Positions 57,492 to 64,000 of a stretch of 64,000 nucleotides of DNA are shown here, in pieces. How positions within the stretch are numbered: position 1 is the first letter of the stretch; the number at the start of each line of letters is the position of its first letter. The stretch is taken from contig JAHFON010000002.1 in the NCBI GenBank assembly GCA_023261695.1, positions 11,467 to 75,466 of the forward strand, given 5' to 3'. The notes under the pieces were generated by a model. The model saw only the letters and a program-made list of their open reading frames with translations, had not been told where the DNA came from and did not search any database. This stretch comes from Candidatus Moraniibacteriota bacterium. Lineage in GTDB: Bacteria > Patescibacteriota > Minisyncoccia > Moranbacterales > UBA1568. A program made the translations under genes and the position numbers.

Positions 57492-57537
57492 GCAGAACGT
57501 CTTCTTAAAAAACTGAATTACACAAATAGTAAAATAG

Positions 57538-58893
57538 ATGAAAGGTGTTCAGTCAAAAAATTACAACGTGGTGATCGTTGGCGGCGGGATTACCGGCGCC
57601 TCCCTGCTTTACGTATTGAGCCGGTACACGAATATTCCGCGTTTAGTTCTTATCGAGAAATATAATGAAATTGCTCACGTAAATTCACACTTCAATAACA
57701 ATAGCCAAACTCTCCATTTCGGCGACATTGAAACGAATTATTCTTTGGAAAAAGCCAGGCGAGTTAAAGAGGCGGCCGAGATGTTAAAGCGCTATCTTGA
57801 ACAATATGCCAGAGGAGCCTTCCGCAAAGGATATAAAATGGTGCTGGCGGTAGGTGAAAGCGAAGTTGCCGAACTGGAGCGTCGTTATGAGGAATTTCTG
57901 CCGTTATTTCCTAAACTTAAAAAAATAAATAGAGAAGAAATAGCTCGCCTAGAGCCTCGGGTTGTGAAAGGGCGAAATCAGAACGAAAAAATACTCGCTC
58001 TTTTTACTGAAGATGGTTACGCGGTTAATTTCAAAAAACTGGCTGAATCTTTTATTCGAGAATCGCGAAGCGTGGAAAAAGAAGGAAAACAGATTGATAT
58101 AGTACTTGACACTGAAGTAGCAGACATTGTTAAGAGTGATGACGGGTATCGCCTAGAAACAAGCCGTGAAGTTTTCACAACTGATGCGGTAGTGGTAGCG
58201 GCTGGTCCGCATAGCCTGATCTTCGCGCACTCTTTGGGATACGGCAAGGAATTCGGTATTTTACCGGTGGCTGGCAGTTTTTACTTGGCAAATAACGTCT
58301 TAAACGGCAAAGTTTATACAATGCAGATTAAAAAATTGCCATTTGCCGCTATTCACGGTGATCCGGATGTAGACAATCCGCAAGAAACTCGCTTTGGTCC
58401 GACGGCCAAAGTGCTTCCTCTGCTTGAACGCCACAAATATCGTACGGCGCTGGATTTTTTGCAAACTTCCGTTTGGAATGTTCGCGGGGTAAGGAGTTTG
58501 ATGAAAATTATTTCTGACAAAACAATATTTTTCTACGTGTTAAAAAATATTCTTTATGATTTACCGATTATCGGAAAACGGATTTTTCTGAAAGAGGCAA
58601 AAAAAATCGTCCCGCTGTTAGAAATTAGCGAGTTGCGATATGGCAGAGGCATTGGCGGAATTCGTCCGCAAGTTGTCAATACAATAACTAAAAAACTCGA
58701 GATGGGAGAAGCGAAAATCACAGGAAACCGGATTATTTTCAACATAACTCCCTCGCCCGGCGCTTCGGTGAGTTTGAAAAACGCGGAACAGGATGCGTTG
58801 CAAGTAGTATCAATGCTGGGCGCGCCGTTTCAATTTTATGAAAAGAGGTGGTGTGAAGATATCGGGTCCTCTATGGTAGAATGCAGAGAGTAA
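57538..58893 (+). CDS. FAD-dependent oxidoreductase, malate:quinone oxidoreductase (Mqo)-like
   Basis: VVIVGGGITGASL dinucleotide-binding motif. NSQTLHFGDIETNY resembles the Mqo NAGTGHSAL.ELNY segment. Confidence 0.5.
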   Translation: MKGVQSKNYNVVIVGGGITGASLLYVLSRYTNIPRLVLIEKYNEIAHVNSHFNNNSQTLHFGDIETNYSLEKARRVKEAAEMLKRYLEQYARGAFRKGYKMVLAVGESEVAELERRYEEFLPLFPKLKKINREEIARLEPRVVKGRNQNEKILALFTEDGYAVNFKKLAESFIRESRSVEKEGKQIDIVLDTEVADIVKSDDGYRLETSREVFTTDAVVVAAGPHSLIFAHSLGYGKEFGILPVAGSFYLANNVLNGKVYTMQIKKLPFAAIHGDPDVDNPQETRFGPTAKVLPLLERHKYRTALDFLQTSVWNVRGVRSLMKIISDKTIFFYVLKNILYDLPIIGKRIFLKEAKKIVPLLEISELRYGRGIGGIRPQVVNTITKKLEMGEAKITGNRIIFNITPSPGASVSLKNAEQDALQVVSMLGAPFQFYEKRWCEDIGSSMVECRE

Positions 58894-58939
58894 TAGGTCG
58901 AATTACTTTTTGGAGTTAATCAAGATTAATTTATAAACT

Positions 58940-59320
58940 ATGTTGGAACAACTAACGCAATACAATGATATCGGGCTTTTTATTTTACGTTTGGCGATCG
59001 CGGCAATATTTATTTACCACGCTATGCCGAAACTGCAGAACGCCAAAGGTATGGCACAAATGATTGGTGTGCCGACGGGAATGATATTGGCATTGGGTAG
59101 TATGGAATTTCTGTCATCAGTAGGATTGGTGTTGGGCATTTATATCCAACTGGCCGCGTTGCTTTTGGTAATCGTTATGATCGGCGCGATCGGTATGAAA
59201 GTGATGAAGTGGGGCGTACCTTTCGCCGCAATGGATAAAACGGGCTGGGAATTTGATTTGATTTTGTTGGCCGGAAGTCTCGCGCTTCTTTTGGGCGGCG
59301 GCGGCGCCATTGGGATTTAA
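58940..59320 (+). CDS. DoxX family membrane protein
   Basis: FILRLAIAAIFIYHAMPKL and a four-TM pattern. Confidence 0.65.
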   Translation: MLEQLTQYNDIGLFILRLAIAAIFIYHAMPKLQNAKGMAQMIGVPTGMILALGSMEFLSSVGLVLGIYIQLAALLLVIVMIGAIGMKVMKWGVPFAAMDKTGWEFDLILLAGSLALLLGGGGAIGI

Positions 59321-59321
59321 T

Positions 59322-59645
59322 TTACAAAGTAGCTTGGGTGATAGCCTGTTCTGTACTTGTGACGAGGCTATCCACTCTTTGGAAAGACTGCCTTATCCGG
59401 CCTTCAACGAATTCGCGACGCAAAACATAGACTTTATCTTTAGGTAACTTTGCGTTTTCGCAGACACTATTGAGCTCTGCCGTAGTGTCGTTTTTCGCAG
59501 TGGCCGCCTCACTGCCCACTTCCTCTTTTATTTCCTCCCCGTATTGCATCAGCGCTTCAGGGCTGTTAATATCAGCGCTCTCTGGCGTGTGCTGAGGATC
59601 TTCTGGTTTTTCGGCAATGTGTAATTCTCCTCTGTTGTAGCTCAT
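59322..59645 (-). CDS. hypothetical acidic protein
   Basis: ORF. Its start overlaps the upstream small ORF stop (ATGA). Confidence 0.3.
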   Translation of the reverse strand: MSYNRGELHIAEKPEDPQHTPESADINSPEALMQYGEEIKEEVGSEAATAKNDTTAELNSVCENAKLPKDKVYVLRREFVEGRIRQSFQRVDSLVTSTEQAITQATL

Positions 59646-59824
59646 ATAATACCGAGAGATTTTTTAACTTCTTTGAGTCTTTCACCGCGGAGCACTTCTT
59701 CAAAATCAGCGATGATTTTGTCTTGTTCTTTTTTCAGTTCCAAAAGCCGATCCAGATACGTGGCATAAATTTTTTCTATTTCTTTGACTCTTTCTTGGAT
59801 TTCTTCTTGGGTCATAGGATTCAA
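59642..59824 (-). CDS. hypothetical small coiled-coil protein
   Basis: ORF track. Confidence 0.3.
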   Translation of the reverse strand: MNPMTQEEIQERVKEIEKIYATYLDRLLELKKEQDKIIADFEEVLRGERLKEVKKSLGII

Positions 59825-59879
59825 AATAATTACAATTACTTAACGTGAGTATAGCCGAAACGCTCTTTTTATGAAAGAC

Positions 59880-61877
59880 TCACTCGTTGGATGGGGCATT
59901 TCGTATATTATTGAGATAGGCGTTGAATTTAAAAAACGTTTCTTGTATCAGGGATAATGCTTGTCGCGCTAAGCCTGGATTGCTATCATGATAAGTAAAT
60001 CCTATATCCTCCGGAGGAGCTGTGTCTGTTCCGAGACTGATCAATCGCAACCACTGTCTGTCGCGCACGTCTTGATTTGTCGGCGGCTCTGTAATAGACG
60101 CGCCCAAGACTTCTTTTTCCGCACTTGGATCATCTGGCGACTCGGGAATGGCGGAAGTGTCGTTTGTAGGGGCGGAATCTTCATTAGAAGGCGGCTCGGT
60201 GGGGGAAACGGAAAACGCATTTTTTTCCGAATCAACATCTTCAGTTTCTGTTATTTCAAAACTCCACCGTGTTCCTTTGGTCTTCTTATAGACGATATTG
60301 TCAGCGAGGGATTTTTCCGGTTTATATTTTATTTTCTGCAAGACTTTACCGTCTGGCGCACGCAGTTCAACTTTGCCCTTCTGATTGGTAAGCGTGAAGA
60401 GAGAATTTGCCCGCGTCAGTTTGAGTTCTTGTTTGGGCTTGATGATAAAATTTTCGCGGACGGGATGATTAACGAGATTTTTCCAGCCGGTGGCGATACC
60501 AAAGCCTTTGAGATTGACGGCTTTCTTGTCTTGGTTTTCCAGCATCACCCATTCATTGTCCGTATCCTTTCCCGCAGGATTGGGCATCAATGCTGTGATG
60601 CGAAGTTTCGGATAAGTCAAAGAACGTATTTCAATAGTGAAAGTTTCCAGCAGGTCTTCTTGTCCGTCGGTAGTTTTGAGTGTGACCGTATATGTCCCGT
60701 TTTGTTGGTAAATATGAGAAGTTTTTCCCTTATAACTTTTGTGGCCATCGCCGAAATCCCAAACATATTTGAGCGTGTCGCCATCCGCGTCTTCTCCTTT
60801 GGCTCTGAATTCTACGGATGTACCGCGGTAACCTTTTTTGGGAACTTTTTCTTTGACTTCAGGCAGATTGTTAATTTGATTGAGCGTTCCCGGCGTGGGC
60901 GTGCCGCCGCGCCAGCCGGAGGGGGTGTAGTTGAGCGAGATATCTTCTCTGGTTTTTTCATAGCGCATAGAATCAACTAAGATATTTGAAACATCAAACA
61001 GCGAGATAGTTTCACTGGTATTGTTGAGAGAAATCTTGAATGTCTGATCGGTTATGAGGAAATATGTTTGCGCCTTGATGTTTGACTCTGGCGGGAAAAC
61101 GTATTTGCCGGTCTTAGTGGCATCTCGAATGATCCAGCCAGAAACATCTTCATCGGTGTTGCCAAAATTATAGAGCTCAATGAATTCGCCCGCATCACCC
61201 TTGGCCGATGGGTTAGGAAGGAGTTCATTGAGGCGGATGGAATATGTTTTGGGCGGGGCGGAAGGAGGAGGGCTTGGTGGTGGATCTGGCAATGGTGGTT
61301 CGTAGGTCTTGCCTTGGCTATTAGTCGGGGTTGGAAGTGCGTTTTCTTCCCAAAGCAATGTTGCGGGATTGCGTGTATGAGATTTGTTTTTAGTGGGATT
61401 GGACAAAAGAGGCGATGGTGAAAAAGGCAAGGTATGTCCGGTTCCCCAAGTCACGGAATCTATGAGAACATCTTTGTCATCAAACAGCGCCAGTGAATTA
61501 TTGTCCGTCAAGGAATCTGTGGTTTTGATGTCTGCGATATCAATATATTTTTTTCCGCCACCGTTTACCCAAAGCAAAAATGTTTTTGGCGCAATGTTAT
61601 CGGCCGATGAGAAAGCTTTTATTGAATTGCTGCTTGATTTGCAATCAGCAATGTTACTTTTTGTGCGCCGACACAAATGCCACCCTTTTAACGAGATAAT
61701 CGCATCTCCGGGATTATAAAGCTCGATGAAGTCATCATTCGCAGTGTTGTCGCCAGCAATTTGAATTTCGCTTATGATGACTGGCGGCAAAGTTTCAGCC
61801 TGAACTTTGGGTATTGGGACGTATGCCTGTATAAGTAAAAGAACAGCAATGCCAATAAGAGCAGTTTTCATTCGCAT
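59880..61877 (-). CDS. secreted protein with lamin-tail (LTD) and PKD domains
   Basis: Signal peptide. Two LTD-like segments (EIQIAGDNTANDDFIELYNPGD..; LNELLPNPSAKGDAGEFIELYNFGN). PKD-like YVWDFGDGH...GTYTVTLKTTDG. Confidence 0.55.
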   Translation of the reverse strand: MRMKTALIGIAVLLLIQAYVPIPKVQAETLPPVIISEIQIAGDNTANDDFIELYNPGDAIISLKGWHLCRRTKSNIADCKSSSNSIKAFSSADNIAPKTFLLWVNGGGKKYIDIADIKTTDSLTDNNSLALFDDKDVLIDSVTWGTGHTLPFSPSPLLSNPTKNKSHTRNPATLLWEENALPTPTNSQGKTYEPPLPDPPPSPPPSAPPKTYSIRLNELLPNPSAKGDAGEFIELYNFGNTDEDVSGWIIRDATKTGKYVFPPESNIKAQTYFLITDQTFKISLNNTSETISLFDVSNILVDSMRYEKTREDISLNYTPSGWRGGTPTPGTLNQINNLPEVKEKVPKKGYRGTSVEFRAKGEDADGDTLKYVWDFGDGHKSYKGKTSHIYQQNGTYTVTLKTTDGQEDLLETFTIEIRSLTYPKLRITALMPNPAGKDTDNEWVMLENQDKKAVNLKGFGIATGWKNLVNHPVRENFIIKPKQELKLTRANSLFTLTNQKGKVELRAPDGKVLQKIKYKPEKSLADNIVYKKTKGTRWSFEITETEDVDSEKNAFSVSPTEPPSNEDSAPTNDTSAIPESPDDPSAEKEVLGASITEPPTNQDVRDRQWLRLISLGTDTAPPEDIGFTYHDSNPGLARQALSLIQETFFKFNAYLNNIRNAPSNE

Positions 61878-62048
61878 AATCTTTATAAAATAAGTGTTTC
61901 TGGTATTTATCCCGCCTAGTCACATTTTTATCGTATCTCGTTTTAGAATTTAGAGAGCGAGGCATTTTATGTTCATAGCACAGGAAAACGCGTTTGGCAA
62001 CTGGAAATAGCGCGGCAGATATGCTATACTGGAAAAGTTGAAAAAAAT

Positions 62049-62366
62049 ATGGAAGAGAAAATGAAAACACCAAAAAACGAAAATAGCGGCTGGATGGGAT
62101 TCCTACTGGAGAATATTTTTGGTATTATCCGATCTTTTGCGGAAAGTCTGTTTGAGAATGCGGAGGAAGCGACGTTTGCGTTTACTAGAAAATTAGCCAG
62201 GCGGGTTTTTCTGACTTTTTTCGCCTGCGCGGGAGTGGTTTTTATTTTGGCGGGTGTAGCGCGCTTCTTGAGTCTGTGGTATCGGTTGCCCGGTGCCGGC
62301 GAAGTATTGGTGGGAGCGTTCGTGCTTTTAATATCATTTATGCTATACTTTTTTACTAGTGATTGA
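62049..62366 (+). CDS. hypothetical small membrane protein
   Basis: ORF with two TM helices. Confidence 0.3.
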   Translation: MEEKMKTPKNENSGWMGFLLENIFGIIRSFAESLFENAEEATFAFTRKLARRVFLTFFACAGVVFILAGVARFLSLWYRLPGAGEVLVGAFVLLISFMLYFFTSD

Positions 62367-62426
62367 TATTGATCGGTGTTATGTAAGTAACTAATTATAA
62401 AAAAGTAATCAATTAAAATAAATGTT

Positions 62427-62687
62427 ATGGTGAGTCAGAAAAATGTGGTTGAGGAGATGAAAGAAATGAAGACGCGTGTGATCGGTAAACTGGAAGAAAG
62501 TCGCAAGCAGGCCGAAAAAGAAATGGCCAAAGTCAGGCAGTATGTCGGATCCTCTATCAAGCAGATTGAAGGTTATGTCAAGAAAAATCCGGAAAAGGCG
62601 GCTATGATTTCAGCTGGTATTGGCGCGGCCTTTGGCGCGGCTCTGGCTTTGCTGACTGGTAATACAAAAAAAACCAAGAAAAAATAA
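62427..62687 (+). CDS. DUF883 (ElaB/YqjD-like) membrane-anchored protein
   Basis: Coiled-coil, then NPEKAAMISAGIGAAFGAALALL C-terminal anchor. Confidence 0.45.
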   Translation: MVSQKNVVEEMKEMKTRVIGKLEESRKQAEKEMAKVRQYVGSSIKQIEGYVKKNPEKAAMISAGIGAAFGAALALLTGNTKKTKKK

Positions 62688-63053
62688 ATGAAAAATATTG
62701 AGCCGCAGGTTTATCGCCAGCGATTGGTGATTGAGGCGCGTTATACCATTGAAGTAACCCGTGAAACTGTAAAAAAATACCTTCTGGATCTGGCTAAAGA
62801 ATTGGGGATGACTTTGCATCCGAGTTTAGCGGAACCGATTATCACTTCCGCTACCGGCAAAAGCAATCCCATTCATGACGGTTATGAAGGTATTGTTATC
62901 TGGCTGGAATCAGGCTCTTCTCTTTATATTTGGGAAAAATTTAAGTTTCTTACAGCCGATATTTATACCTGTAAACCTTTCCCGGCCCAAAAAGCCATTG
63001 ATTTTACCGCTCAATTTTTCCAGACGAGCGAAATGGAACATTTGGAGATATAA
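62688..63053 (+). CDS. S-adenosylmethionine decarboxylase proenzyme (SpeH-type, small form)
   Basis: IHDGYEGIVIWLESGSSLYIWEKFKFLTADIYTC resembles the AdoMetDC cleavage site/core (..ESH..IHTWPE...DIFTCG). Confidence 0.5.
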   Translation: MKNIEPQVYRQRLVIEARYTIEVTRETVKKYLLDLAKELGMTLHPSLAEPIITSATGKSNPIHDGYEGIVIWLESGSSLYIWEKFKFLTADIYTCKPFPAQKAIDFTAQFFQTSEMEHLEI

Positions 63054-63064
63054 GACCATAAACT

Positions 63065-63799
63065 ATGGGACTAGTCGGGCTGTTGATCGCGGTAATTTTT
63101 ATGGCGTTTGGCGCGTGGCATTTTTTTTCAAACGGTTCTAATTTAACCACAATCACCAATGATGCGTCTCCTATAGCGTTCACGGAAGGACTGGTGCGTT
63201 ATGAAGATGCCAAGGAACAAGCTTTGAACGTGAAGCATCTGGTGGAACAAAAATCCGCGGATACAAACATTGACGCGCCCGATAAATTGACAGAAAAAAA
63301 AGTTACGGAAAACCGGGAAGCAAAAGCTGATGAAGTGAAAATTATAAACCGTCTGATGACTTCCGGTTTTGCAGTCTCGGTGAAAGCGCGCGCGATAGAT
63401 ACGATTGTTTTGCACTCTTCTTATGATCTGACGGGGCAGGATCCGTATTCTGTCAGCGGCGTTATTCAGGAGTACGGGGATTACGGAGTTTCCGCACACT
63501 ATCTCATTGATCGCGCGGGCACTGTGTATCGTCTGGTGGAAGATAAAGACGTGGCTTATCACGCGGGAGCAAGCCAAATGCCGGACGGCCGAAAAAATGT
63601 CAATGATTTTTCTCTCGGTATCGAAATGCTTGGTACTTTAGACGGGCAATATACTGAAGCGCAATACAAATCAGTGAACGAGCTTATAGATTTTTTAAAG
63701 ATACAATATCCCATCAAATTTATAGTCGGACACAAAGATATCGCTCCCGGACGTAAAACTGATCCGTGGAACTTTGATTGGACACGTTTGAAATTTTGA
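63065..63799 (+). CDS. N-acetylmuramoyl-L-alanine amidase (Amidase_2/PGRP family) with N-terminal membrane anchor
   Basis: DTIVLHSS...SAHYLIDRAGTVYRLVEDKDVAYHAG...GHKDIAPGRKTDP. Confidence 0.7.
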   Translation: MGLVGLLIAVIFMAFGAWHFFSNGSNLTTITNDASPIAFTEGLVRYEDAKEQALNVKHLVEQKSADTNIDAPDKLTEKKVTENREAKADEVKIINRLMTSGFAVSVKARAIDTIVLHSSYDLTGQDPYSVSGVIQEYGDYGVSAHYLIDRAGTVYRLVEDKDVAYHAGASQMPDGRKNVNDFSLGIEMLGTLDGQYTEAQYKSVNELIDFLKIQYPIKFIVGHKDIAPGRKTDPWNFDWTRLKF

Positions 63800-63815
63800 T
63801 TTTTCAGCTTGCTTT

Positions 63816-64000
63816 ATGCCGTATACATTCAAACTGCTTGTGGGAAAAGAAAAAACCAAGCTGGCGCTTTTCAATGAAAGTAAAGAAACGGATAGCATAG
63901 AATGGACGGAAGGCCGTGATATGGGAAAGCGCTTGCTTCAAGCTATTGAGGAATTGTTGAAAAAAAACCATCTTCAGCCGGAAGATGTGAGTGATTTCGC
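63816..64000 (+). CDS. partial CDS running off the window; possibly TsaB/YeaZ-like (Kae1 family N-terminal region)
   Basis: ATG at 63816. KLLVGKEKTKLALF...RDMGKRLLQAIEELL weakly resembles TsaB. Confidence 0.25.
   Translation, partial: MPYTFKLLVGKEKTKLALFNESKETDSIEWTEGRDMGKRLLQAIEELLKKNHLQPEDVSDF

Noticed and set aside
1-64000. CRISPR arrays, IS elements, integrases, recombinases
   Set aside because: I scanned for regularly spaced direct repeats and for transposase or integrase-like ORFs (DDE, Tyr/Ser recombinase motifs) and saw none. The repeats found are single duplications (res 5' end, tRNA-Ser 5' end).

Overview
The window is about 40% GC with tightly packed genes. It looks like a reduced bacterial genome, probably a Candidate Phyla Radiation / Patescibacteria-type organism. 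That placement is an inference from gene content: a short IF-2, a 409-aa ThrRS without the N-terminal editing region, a tandem array of TrbC/VirB2-like pilin paralogs, DUF4012, and lamin-tail and DM13 domain proteins.

Core housekeeping genes identified by sequence motifs: rmuC, cca, infB, pyrH, class IV aminotransferase, a histidine kinase / response regulator pair, typA, nusA, ppa, tig, clpP, gpmI, rny, hup, a P-type ATPase, thrS and a cell-wall amidase. Seven tRNA genes were found by hand-folding: Leu-TAG, Pro-CGG, Ser-CGA, Pro-TGG, Gly-TCC, Gly-CCC.

Several accessory patches sit between the core genes:
- 455-4979: a Type III restriction Res gene whose 5' end (about 75 nt including the start codon) is directly repeated 1.8 kb upstream. 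The repeat brackets an inserted AlbA_2/Schlafen-like + HATPase_c_4 gene. No Mod gene is adjacent.
- 11930-12900: an anomalous 1 kb block of about 55-58% GC that is hairpin-rich and shows no convincing coding frame. It is followed by a tightly packed operon of three small proteins (13039-13828) with canonical ribosome-binding sites, a palindromic operator and a terminator. This is my best candidate for an undescribed element: a structured RNA or leader plus a small-protein module.
- 20540-22310: a GC-rich island carrying a zinc-ribbon protein, an HD hydrolase and a Cys-rich mini-protein, next to tRNA-Ser with an 18-nt duplicate of the tRNA 5' end.
- 29309-31905: five tandem TrbC/VirB2-like pilin paralogs, one with an internally duplicated domain.
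- 42008-51253: a tRNA-bounded accessory island. It holds a DinD/Bro-N-like gene, an overlapping XRE-DUF4145 pair, a run of four unknown genes (one a zinc-ribbon membrane protein), a Panacea(DUF4065) antitoxin with a HigB/Gp49-like toxin, a GC-rich orphan gene and an RNHCP protein.

No CRISPR array, transposase or integrase was recognised. Every family assignment comes from remembered motifs, not from searches.
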